41,414 bases of DNA from Gammaproteobacteria bacterium (GTDB lineage: Bacteria; Pseudomonadota; Gammaproteobacteria; Steroidobacterales; JABDKV01), in assembly GCA_013002045.1 (NCBI GenBank), contig JABDKV010000120.1, forward strand, positions 1 through 41,414, read 5' to 3'. Positions within the stretch are counted from its first letter, which is position 1; every line of letters begins with the position of its first letter. Below are positions 20,725 through 29,159 of the stretch, piece after piece. A program made the position numbers and the translations under genes. Under the pieces are notes generated by a model. The model did not search any database and was not told the DNA's origin. It saw only the letters and a program-made list of their open reading frames with translations.

Positions 20725-21864
20725 ATGGCCTCGATTACCGTTCTCGGTGCTGGCCTGGTCGGTCGCGCGATCGTCGCCGACCTGTGCCAGGACTACAGCA
20801 CCCGCGTCGTCGATATAGACAAAGATCGTCTCGATGCAATTGCCAGGCACTACGCTGTCGATACGGTGAGTGAAGATCTCGCTGACCCGGCGATCGTCTC
20901 CGAACTGTCAGCCGAATCGGACCTGGTCGTTTGCGCCGTTCCTGGTTTTATGGGGTTCAGAACGTTGCGCGCGATCATCGAAGCAGACGTCAATGTGGTC
21001 GATATTTCGTTCTTTAATCGGGACCCGTTTGAGCTCGATGCGCTGGCAAACGAACACCAGGTCGTCGCGGTAGTTGATTGCGGTGTGGCACCAGGAATGA
21101 GCAACATTGTTCTGGGTTACCACGACAGCCAGATGCAGGTCAGTCGTTTCGACTGCATGGTTGGCGGTTTGCCGCTTAGACGGACCTGGCCTTACGAGTA
21201 CAAGGCGCCTTTTTCGCCAATCGACGTTATCGAGGAATACGTGCGACCGGCGCGACTGCGGATTAATGGCGAGACCGTGACCCGAGCGGCGTTAACAGAG
21301 GCAGAGTTAGTAGACCTCGAGCAGGTTGGCACCCTCGAGGCGTTCAACACGGACGGATTGCGAACGCTGCTCGATACGATGCAGGTACCCAATATGCGTG
21401 AGCGTACTCTGCGGTACCCGGGACATTGCGAGCTGATGCGCGTGCTGCGTGAAACCGGGTTTTTCGACACCGGGAAAATACGTGTCGGCGATGACGAGGT
21501 TCGGCCGCTGGACCTGACCACGGCCCTGTTGTTCCCGCTGTGGCAGGCAGAACCCGGCGAGGACGAATTCACAGTCATGGCCATCGAAGTCGAGGGCGTG
21601 CGGGACCAGCAGGCCGAGCTGCATCGCTACGAGCTTTATGATCGTAACGACGCCACCACGGGTCTCAGCTCGATGGCGCGCACCACAGGTTTTACCGCGA
21701 CCGCCGCGGCACGTCTCGTGCTTGATGGTGACTACGACCGGGTTGGCATCTCGCCACCGGAGTACGTTGGCGCGGCACCCGGTTGTTTTGATCGCATGCT
21801 TGCACTGCTAGCGGCCCGCGGCGTGCACTACCGGCACTCGGTCAGCCCGTTAACTGTCGACTAA
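20725..21864 (+). CDS. Saccharopine dehydrogenase / lysine 6-dehydrogenase family protein
   Basis: LGAGLVG, DCGVAPGMSN, EAFNTDGLRTL, TLRYPGH, MARTTGF; ATG 20725 follows AAGGAA. Confidence 0.88.
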   Translation: MASITVLGAGLVGRAIVADLCQDYSTRVVDIDKDRLDAIARHYAVDTVSEDLADPAIVSELSAESDLVVCAVPGFMGFRTLRAIIEADVNVVDISFFNRDPFELDALANEHQVVAVVDCGVAPGMSNIVLGYHDSQMQVSRFDCMVGGLPLRRTWPYEYKAPFSPIDVIEEYVRPARLRINGETVTRAALTEAELVDLEQVGTLEAFNTDGLRTLLDTMQVPNMRERTLRYPGHCELMRVLRETGFFDTGKIRVGDDEVRPLDLTTALLFPLWQAEPGEDEFTVMAIEVEGVRDQQAELHRYELYDRNDATTGLSSMARTTGFTATAAARLVLDGDYDRVGISPPEYVGAAPGCFDRMLALLAARGVHYRHSVSPLTVD

Positions 21865-21936
21865 TTTTACAATCTGCCGCTCGGGTGGTTGCGGACATCG
21901 GTGGCAATACCATGCTTCCCGTGCGGTCTGCGCGTC

Positions 21937-21952
21937 TGGCACAGATTATGCT
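21937..21952 (+). promoter_or_regulatory. Sigma54 (-24/-12) promoter candidate
   Basis: TGGCAC-AGATT-ATGCT; GG (21938-39) and GC (21950-51) separated by exactly 10 nt. Confidence 0.55.
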
Positions 21953-21962
21953 CACAGGGTAT

Positions 21963-22152
21963 CGCTGAGCCTGGAACTGTTCTGAGCTTATGTTAAATAG
22001 GGACAACCGACGGGTTCGCCTGCAGTCGCATGGATAGGGGACTGGTTGCGGGGAAAAGGCCCTGGGAGGGCGTCAGCAGGACCGCAAACTGCTGACTATA
22101 AAAAAAGAGACGAGAAGGGGCCGGCGATGTGAATCGCCGGCCTTTTTTCTTT
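21963..22152 (+). ncRNA. Candidate small RNA, GGA-rich (Csr/Rsm-sponge-like)
   Basis: Lies in a ~370-bp intergenic gap with no credible ORF; seven GGA motifs, an 8-bp hairpin (22072-22096), an A-rich tract and an intrinsic terminator. 5' end inferred from the promoter. Confidence 0.5.
22119..22152 (+). terminator. Rho-independent terminator
   Basis: GGCCGGCGAT-gtga-ATCGCCGGCC followed by TTTTTTCTTT. Confidence 0.9.
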
Positions 22153-22233
22153 GGGTGCGGGCCTGCGCCTGTCGCCCGGCCCCGGATAGTTGATCGGGTA
22201 CACTGTGCGGCCCGCGTAGCAACAGGGCGGTCG

Positions 22234-23631
22234 ATGGCAGTCAGACTTTCTTTTCATGGTGGCGCCGGTACCGTTACCGGATCGAAATACCTGCTCGATA
22301 CTGGCACCAGTCGGGTGCTGATCGATGCCGGATTGTTCCAGGGCCTGAAGAAGCTGCGGCTGTTGAACTGGCGCCCCTCGCCGTTCCCGCCGGAGTCGGT
22401 CGATGCCGTGCTGTTGACGCATGCCCATATCGATCATGGTGGCTACCTGCCACGTCTGGTCCGGCTCGGTTTTGACAACCCGGTGTACACCACCCCGGCG
22501 TCGATGGACCTTGCCACGTTGCTGTTGCTCGACGCTGCCAAGATTCAGGAGGAAGATGCGGCCTTTGCCAATCGCAAGGGTTACAGCAAGCATCGACCGG
22601 CGCTGCCGTTGTATACCACCGAGGATGCGGTTGCCGCCTGCGAGTTGATGCAACCGGTCCCGTTTGGGGAGTGGCTACAGGTGCGTGAAGATGTGCGCGC
22701 GCGATTCCTTAATATGGGTCATATCCTCGGTTCGTCGATGATCGAAGTGCATGTGACCCAAGGAGGGAAGCGGGCCCGACTGGTTTTCAGCGGCGACGTT
22801 GGCCGCTATGACGTGCCACTGCATTCCAATCCCGACAATCTGCCCGATTGCGATTACCTGACTATCGAGTCCACCTATGGCGATCGTGTCCACAATCACG
22901 AAACAGTCGAGCAACAGATACGAGATGCGTTGATTCGTGCTGTTGAACGCGAGGGTACGATATTAATTCCGTCGTTCGCGGTGGGGCGTACGCAGCTGGT
23001 AACGCTGTCATTGCGTAACCTGATCAACGAAGGACGCCTGCCCGAGGTGCCCATACACATCGACAGCCCGATGGCGGTCGATGCCACGCGCCTGTATACC
23101 AAGCATATAAAGGATCTCAGTATCGATGCGACAGTGACCGAAGACGGCCGCTCACGGTTGTTTCCCAACAACGTCCATTTTCACCGTTCGGTTCGCGAAT
23201 CGAAGGCGCTCAACCGCATGCCGGGACCGCGAGTCGTTATATCCGCAAGCGGTATGCTGACCGCCGGACGGGTGTTGCATCATCTGGCACGCCTGTTGCC
23301 GGATCCGCAGAATCTGGTCACGCTGGTTGGCTACCAGGCAGCAGGCACCCGCGGTCGCGCCATGATCGAAGGTGCCGAATCGATCAAGATCCACGGTCAG
23401 GAGATACCGGTACGCGCCGAGTTCATCGCCCTGAGCGGCTTGTCGGCACACGCCGATCGCAACGAGTTGTTGCGCTGGGCACAGTCGGGAGAATCGACAC
23501 CCGGGACTATCTTCGTAACCCATGGCGAAGAAAAGTCACAGCAGGCCCTGGCGCAATTGCTATCCGGGGAGACCGGGGCACAGTGCATTACCCCGGAGCT
23601 GGACGAAGAAGTTCAGATCAGGCTGAGTTAG
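22234..23631 (+). CDS. Metallo-beta-lactamase / beta-CASP ribonuclease family protein
   Basis: GTVTGS, LTHAHIDH, GHILGS, FSGDVG, IESTYGDR, FAVGRTQ, SAHAD, THGE. Confidence 0.92.
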   Translation: MAVRLSFHGGAGTVTGSKYLLDTGTSRVLIDAGLFQGLKKLRLLNWRPSPFPPESVDAVLLTHAHIDHGGYLPRLVRLGFDNPVYTTPASMDLATLLLLDAAKIQEEDAAFANRKGYSKHRPALPLYTTEDAVAACELMQPVPFGEWLQVREDVRARFLNMGHILGSSMIEVHVTQGGKRARLVFSGDVGRYDVPLHSNPDNLPDCDYLTIESTYGDRVHNHETVEQQIRDALIRAVEREGTILIPSFAVGRTQLVTLSLRNLINEGRLPEVPIHIDSPMAVDATRLYTKHIKDLSIDATVTEDGRSRLFPNNVHFHRSVRESKALNRMPGPRVVISASGMLTAGRVLHHLARLLPDPQNLVTLVGYQAAGTRGRAMIEGAESIKIHGQEIPVRAEFIALSGLSAHADRNELLRWAQSGESTPGTIFVTHGEEKSQQALAQLLSGETGAQCITPELDEEVQIRLS

Positions 23632-23644
23632 CGGGAGATTGGCA

Positions 23645-24355
23645 ATGACCGAGATGCTGTTTCGAGACAATGCATACCTGCGCGAGTGCGAGGCGATCAT
23701 CACTGCAGTTCGCGATGACGGTTTTTTGCTCGACAGAACTATTTTCTACCCCACCGGTGGTGGCCAGCCAGGAGATACGGGGGAAATTATCTCAGCCGAT
23801 GGTGTTCGGGTTGCGGTCGACAACACCATTCACGCCGACAACGACATCCTGCATTGCGCACCAGACACAACCGGGCTGGCGATCGGCCAGGCGGTCACGG
23901 CGCGCATCGACTGGGAGCGGCGCTACGCGCACATGCGTATGCATACCGCACTACACCTGCTTGGTGCGGTGCTGCGGTTTCCCGTTACCGGTGGTTCGAT
24001 TACCGCCCAGCGCAGCCGACTGGATTTCGATATGCAGGAAACGGTCGACAAGGAAGCCGTTTCCAGCGCAATCAATTCATTGGTGGAGGCCGACCACGAG
24101 GTCAAAACCCGTTGGATCACCGATGCCGAACTCGATGCCCAGCCTGAGCTGATTCGCACGATGTCGGTAAAACCACCGCGTGGTGCCGGTCGTATTCGCC
24201 TGCTCGAGATCGAGTCGGTCGATCTGCAGCCGTGTGGTGGCACACATGTACGCCGCACCGCGGAGATCGGGCCGCTGGCACTGGGCAAGGTGCAGAAGAA
24301 GGGGGCTCGCAATCGCCGCGTCAATATCGTTTTTGCATCGCCACAGTCGACGTAA
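23645..24355 (+). CDS. AlaX alanyl-tRNA editing protein
   Basis: FYPTGGGQPGD, RMHTALH (HxxxH), QPCGGTHV (CxxxH). Alternative start TTG 23639. Confidence 0.92.
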   Translation: MTEMLFRDNAYLRECEAIITAVRDDGFLLDRTIFYPTGGGQPGDTGEIISADGVRVAVDNTIHADNDILHCAPDTTGLAIGQAVTARIDWERRYAHMRMHTALHLLGAVLRFPVTGGSITAQRSRLDFDMQETVDKEAVSSAINSLVEADHEVKTRWITDAELDAQPELIRTMSVKPPRGAGRIRLLEIESVDLQPCGGTHVRRTAEIGPLALGKVQKKGARNRRVNIVFASPQST

Positions 24356-24481
24356 GTTACTGAAAGAGATGTAGGTATAGCGGATGTGACTGTTGATTCC
24401 GCCGCAATGGCCGGGTTCGGTACAATGTTGCCAATAACACAAGGCGTCGTGAGTACGCCGACAATTCGCTCTGGGGGATCG

Positions 24482-27166
24482 ATGTCTGAACGTTACGGCC
24501 AATGGGTTCGCAGCGGTAGCCTGCTTGTTGCTACCGCAATCATGACCGTTTCAGGCGGTATGGCCTGCCCGGTGCCGGACGATGCCGATTCCGCCTATCA
24601 CACCCTGAGTCGTCTGCGGCAGCTGGCGCCGAAACTCGGTGTGGAGCGGGCCAGTCCGGTGGTGCAGCGTGACTCCGGCCAGGCGCACGCCTGTGAGGGT
24701 GGTGTTGCCGAGGGTTTTGCCTGCAACAACGTCGACCTGATGTCATTTACCCCGCTGACACAACTCGGTGGCGGGACCGCCAACGACATTTGGGGCTGGA
24801 CGGATGCGCTTACCGGCAAGGAGTACGCATTACTGGGCAAGACCGGAGGAACGGCCTTTGTCGATATCAGTGATCCGGTCGAGCCGCTTTATCTCGGTAC
24901 CTTGCCCACGCATACACAGGCCTCGACGTGGCGTGATATCAAGGTCCATGCCGACCACGCGTTTATTGTCAGCGAGGCTGCTGACCATGGCATGCAGGTG
25001 TTCGATCTGACCCAGTTGCGCGGATTGACGACGCCACAAAACTTCGTTGCGACGACCCACTATGACGGATTTGGAGCCGCCCATAACATCGCGATTAACA
25101 CCGACAGCGGCTTCGCCTACGCCGTCGGTACCCGCAACTTCGACGACGGTTGCGCCGGCGGCCTGCACATGGTCGATATCTCCACGCCGACGCAACCGCA
25201 ATTTGCCGGTTGCTATAGCGGAGATGGCTACACCCATGACGCGCAATGTGTGATCTACACAGGGCCCGACAGCGAACACCAGGGTAAGGAGATCTGTTTC
25301 AATTACAACGAGGACACGCTGACCATCGTCGACGTCACCAACAAGGCGACACCTGTGCAGCTGGCGCGAGTGACTTACTTCGGATCCGGCTACACACACC
25401 AGGGCTGGGTTACCGAAGACCAGGCTTACCTGCTGCTCGACGATGAGACGGACGAACTCGCTTACGGACACAATACGCGCACCTACATCTGGGACATAGG
25501 CGATCTCGATGCGCCCGTTGTCAGCGGCAGCTACCTTTCGTCGGTGCCGGCGATCGATCACAATCAGTACATCCGCGGCAGCTTTGCTTTCCAGGCAAAC
25601 TACCGCGCCGGTCTGCGTATCCTCGATATCTCGAATATTGCTTCGGGCAGCCTGGTCGAGAATGGTTATTTCGACACCTATCCCGGCAGTGATGGTGCCG
25701 ATTTCGACGGGTCCTGGAGTGTTTACCCGTACTTTCCCAGCGGTCATGTCATCGTCAGTGGAATCGATGAGGGTCTGTTTGTACTCGAGCCAACGGCGCT
25801 CGAGCCGGGATTTATGCTCAATACCAACGATGCACGACTCGAGCAGTGTGGCGACGGGATTAGCAGCACTTTTTTCACCGTCGATCCGGTCGGCAGTTAT
25901 AACGGCGCGGTTTCATTCGCCGCAGCGGGTGCGCCGCCGGGCGTGACCATCGGTTTTACGCCCGCCTCAGTAACACCACCGGCTAACTTTATCGTCGCGG
26001 CCAATGTGGCTGGCGCACAACCTGGCCTGTACCCGGTCACGATAACGGCGACCGACGGTGAGCTGGGTTTTGACCAGACAATTTATCTCGAGTTATCGCA
26101 ACAGCTGCCCGCAACGCCGCAATTGCTGCTGCCCGCAACCAACGCCAAGAGTGTCTCGGCAGTGCAGACGCTTTACTGGAACGCCACGCCAGGCGCTTTT
26201 CACTACGATCTCGATATCGCGACCGATCCTGCATTCACCGACGTAGTTTTATCGGTGGCCGGATTGCAGCAGAACAGCTACGCGCCGGTAGTACCGTTGC
26301 CGGGAGCAACCGGGTTGTACTGGCGGGTACGCGCTTTCAATGCCTGTGGCAGCCAACTATCGGCCACCAGGTCCTTCACCACAGCGCCGGGGGGCTGTGA
26401 GCTGTTCCCCAGCAGCGATGTCCCGATTGCGATTTCGCCAGTGGGCACTGGTACCGTTATCTCGAATCTCCAGACGGCCGGTGGTGGCATCATTACCGAC
26501 GTCAACGTTGTCGGTCTGCAGGCTACCCATACCTGGATCAGCGATATCGACATTCGTCTCGAGGGGCCGGTGATTGCGCACGCATCAGCGCAGCGTCACC
26601 CGGAGCGGCCCACTGTGTTGATCATGGCACAGTCATGTAACAACGAGGATAACCTCGATATCAATTTCGACGATGATGCGGCGCCAGGAGCGTTGCCTTG
26701 CCCACCGACCGATGGTGGGACTTATCAGCCGGCTAATCCGCTGGCGGCGTTTTCCGGGGTGCCGGTGCAGGGTGACTGGAACTTGCTGGTAACAGACAAT
26801 TTCGCCGCAGATGGTGGGTCACTCGATGCGTGGGGCCTCGAGATCTGCACTACACCGACACCTCAGTTTCTCGACACCGATGGCGATGGCAGCGATGATA
26901 CGATCGATAATTGCACGCTGGTTGCTAATGCCGAACAGCGCGATACCGATGCCGATGGTTTTGGCAATCGCTGCGATCCCGATCTAAACAACGACGGCAA
27001 TATCGATTTCGCCGATTTGGTGTTGCTAAAGGCGGCATTCTTCGCCAGTGGCGACCTCGATACCGATTTCGATGGCGATGGCGCCACTAATTTCGTCGAC
27101 CTGAATATAATGAAGACTTATTTTTTCAGCAGCCCCGGACCCAGTAGTCTGGTGCCCTCAGAATGA
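24482..27166 (+). CDS. Secreted choice-of-anchor B family protein with Ig/FN3-like, P-proprotein, TSP3 and dockerin-like domains
   Basis: NDIWGWTD, WRDIK, HNIAIN, YTHDAQC, YTHQGW, DHNQY, WSVYPYF; GDWNLLVTD...GSLDAWGLE; C-terminal Ca-binding DxDxDG repeats; signal-like N-terminus. Confidence 0.85.
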   Translation: MSERYGQWVRSGSLLVATAIMTVSGGMACPVPDDADSAYHTLSRLRQLAPKLGVERASPVVQRDSGQAHACEGGVAEGFACNNVDLMSFTPLTQLGGGTANDIWGWTDALTGKEYALLGKTGGTAFVDISDPVEPLYLGTLPTHTQASTWRDIKVHADHAFIVSEAADHGMQVFDLTQLRGLTTPQNFVATTHYDGFGAAHNIAINTDSGFAYAVGTRNFDDGCAGGLHMVDISTPTQPQFAGCYSGDGYTHDAQCVIYTGPDSEHQGKEICFNYNEDTLTIVDVTNKATPVQLARVTYFGSGYTHQGWVTEDQAYLLLDDETDELAYGHNTRTYIWDIGDLDAPVVSGSYLSSVPAIDHNQYIRGSFAFQANYRAGLRILDISNIASGSLVENGYFDTYPGSDGADFDGSWSVYPYFPSGHVIVSGIDEGLFVLEPTALEPGFMLNTNDARLEQCGDGISSTFFTVDPVGSYNGAVSFAAAGAPPGVTIGFTPASVTPPANFIVAANVAGAQPGLYPVTITATDGELGFDQTIYLELSQQLPATPQLLLPATNAKSVSAVQTLYWNATPGAFHYDLDIATDPAFTDVVLSVAGLQQNSYAPVVPLPGATGLYWRVRAFNACGSQLSATRSFTTAPGGCELFPSSDVPIAISPVGTGTVISNLQTAGGGIITDVNVVGLQATHTWISDIDIRLEGPVIAHASAQRHPERPTVLIMAQSCNNEDNLDINFDDDAAPGALPCPPTDGGTYQPANPLAAFSGVPVQGDWNLLVTDNFAADGGSLDAWGLEICTTPTPQFLDTDGDGSDDTIDNCTLVANAEQRDTDADGFGNRCDPDLNNDGNIDFADLVLLKAAFFASGDLDTDFDGDGATNFVDLNIMKTYFFSSPGPSSLVPSE

Positions 27167-27176
27167 AGGCCAGCAT

Positions 27177-29156
27177 ATGAATTATTTCGTAACCGGTGGA
27201 ACCGGGTTTATCGGTCGTCGTCTCGTCACCAGCCTGCTGGAGCGCGGAGGACATGTATGGATGCTGGTCAGGGATGACAGTACAGCCAACATCGCCCCTT
27301 TGCTGGAGGGCTGGAGTCAACACCTGGATCGACTGCACCCGGTGGCGGGCGACATCGTGTTGCCGCGCCTGGGACTGGACGACGAAACCTTAGCCGCATT
27401 AACCGGCAAGATCGATCACGTTTTCCACCTGGCCGGTCTTTACAGTCTGGGCGCCGACGCCGAGACCCAGCGCCTGGTCAACGAGGAAGGCACACGCAAT
27501 ACCGTCGAGTTAGCAGCGACGATTAATGCCGGCCTGTTCCACCATGTCAGCTCAATTGCCGCTGCCGGTCTCTACGACGGTGTGTTTCGCGAGGACATGT
27601 TCGAAGAGGCGACGGGTCTGGATGATCCCTATTTCCGGACCAAGCACAATGCTGAAGGCATCGTGCGCGAAGAATGCAGCGTTCCGTGGCGTGTCTATCG
27701 CCCGGGCATCGTCGTCGGCGATTCCAGGACCGGCGAAATGGACAAGATCGACGGGCCCTATCACTTTTTCAAGGCAATCCAGAAAACACGGCGTATGCTG
27801 CCGCGCTGGATGCCGACCGTAGGTGTAGAGGGGGGGCGCATCAACATCGTGCCCGTTGATTACGTTGTTGCGGCGCTCGACCATATCGCGCATGAGCCCG
27901 GTCTCGACGGCAAGTGTTTTCACCTGACGGATCCGCGAGCGCGCCGTATCGGCGAGGTGCTCAATACTTTTGCCGCTGCCGCGCATGCGCCGGAAATGGC
28001 CTTGCGTGTTAACGCGCGCATGCTCGGTTTCGTGCCATCGTATGTGTGGAAGGGGCTGGCGGCGATGCGACCGGTGCAGCGGGTGCGTGACTCGGTGCTG
28101 GAGTCTTTGCAGGTGCCGCCACACATGTTCAGTTTCATCAATTACCCGACCCGGTTCGATGCAAGGGAAACTGAGAAGGCGTTGCAAGGTACGGGTATCG
28201 AGGTCCCCCGGCTGCGCGATTATGCGTGGCGCCTGTGGGATTACTGGGAGCGTCATCTCGATCCTGATCTGCACATCGATCGTAGTCTCAGCGGTCGCAT
28301 ACATGGCAAGCTGGTCGTCATCACCGGCGCATCATCGGGGATCGGCAAAGCAGCTGCGTTGAAGATTGGTGAAGCCGGTGCGCGGGTCGTGCTGGTTGCA
28401 CGTACGCTCGAGAAGCTCGAGGAAACCGCCGCAGAGATCAAGGAGCTCGGCGGCCAGGCGTTTTGCTACCCAACTGATTTGAATGACCTCGACGCAATCG
28501 ATGCGATGGCTAACCAGGTGATCGCCGACCACGGACCGGTCGATGTCCTGATCAACAATGCCGGTCGTTCGATTCGCCGTGGTATCGAGAACTCCTTCGA
28601 TCGCTTCCACGATTTCGAACGCACTATGCAGCTGAATTATTTTGGCGCCCTGCGCCTCACGCTGGGTGTGCTGCCAGGGATGATGGAACGCAAGCGCGGA
28701 CACGTGATCAATATTTCATCGATTGGTGTGCTGAGTAATGCGCCGCGGTTTTCGGCCTATGTTGCATCGAAGGCTGCACTCGATGCTTTCACGCGATGTG
28801 CGGCGGCAGAATTTTCGCACCGGAATATTCACTTCACCACCATTAATATGCCGCTGGTGCGAACACCGATGATCGCGCCGACCAAGCTCTACGACAACGT
28901 GCCGACGATCAGTCCTGACGAGGCAGCGGAAATGATTGCTGATGCAATCGTACACCGGCCGAAACGTGTTGCGACCCGGCTGGGTATATTTGCAGAGATT
29001 GCGCACCTGCTGGCACCGAGAATTACCGAACTTGGCATGAACGAGGCATTCCGGTTATTTCCGGATTCGGCGGCGGCTGCCGACAAGAGCAAGTCATCGA
29101 GTCCTTCAGCCGAGCAAATCGCGTTGGCGCAGTTCACCCGCGGGATACACTGGTAG
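27177..29156 (+). CDS. Two-domain SDR, fatty acyl-CoA reductase-like
   Basis: N-terminal TGGTGFIG...YFRTK reductase domain; C-terminal TGASSGIG, NNAGRSIRR, YVASK SDR domain. Same architecture as Marinobacter Maqu_2507. Confidence 0.85.
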   Translation: MNYFVTGGTGFIGRRLVTSLLERGGHVWMLVRDDSTANIAPLLEGWSQHLDRLHPVAGDIVLPRLGLDDETLAALTGKIDHVFHLAGLYSLGADAETQRLVNEEGTRNTVELAATINAGLFHHVSSIAAAGLYDGVFREDMFEEATGLDDPYFRTKHNAEGIVREECSVPWRVYRPGIVVGDSRTGEMDKIDGPYHFFKAIQKTRRMLPRWMPTVGVEGGRINIVPVDYVVAALDHIAHEPGLDGKCFHLTDPRARRIGEVLNTFAAAAHAPEMALRVNARMLGFVPSYVWKGLAAMRPVQRVRDSVLESLQVPPHMFSFINYPTRFDARETEKALQGTGIEVPRLRDYAWRLWDYWERHLDPDLHIDRSLSGRIHGKLVVITGASSGIGKAAALKIGEAGARVVLVARTLEKLEETAAEIKELGGQAFCYPTDLNDLDAIDAMANQVIADHGPVDVLINNAGRSIRRGIENSFDRFHDFERTMQLNYFGALRLTLGVLPGMMERKRGHVINISSIGVLSNAPRFSAYVASKAALDAFTRCAAAEFSHRNIHFTTINMPLVRTPMIAPTKLYDNVPTISPDEAAEMIADAIVHRPKRVATRLGIFAEIAHLLAPRITELGMNEAFRLFPDSAAAADKSKSSSPSAEQIALAQFTRGIHW

Positions 29157-29159
29157 TCT

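Noticed and set aside
21941-21956. CRP half-site ACAGA-TTATGC-TCACA
   Set aside because: Overlaps the better-fitting sigma54 element and lacks a -10 at the 21-bp position.
21865-22233. 6S RNA, tRNA, riboswitch or short peptide (for example MDRGTGC..., 34 aa) in the large gap
   Set aside because: No long 5'/3' pairing, cloverleaf or riboswitch consensus recognisable by eye; the short ORFs lack an RBS and one runs into the terminator. An Rfam search is still needed.
22234-23631. Anti-phage or beta-lactamase role for the MBL protein
   Set aside because: Motifs are those of housekeeping beta-CASP nucleases, and no cyclase, effector or defence-island genes are adjacent.
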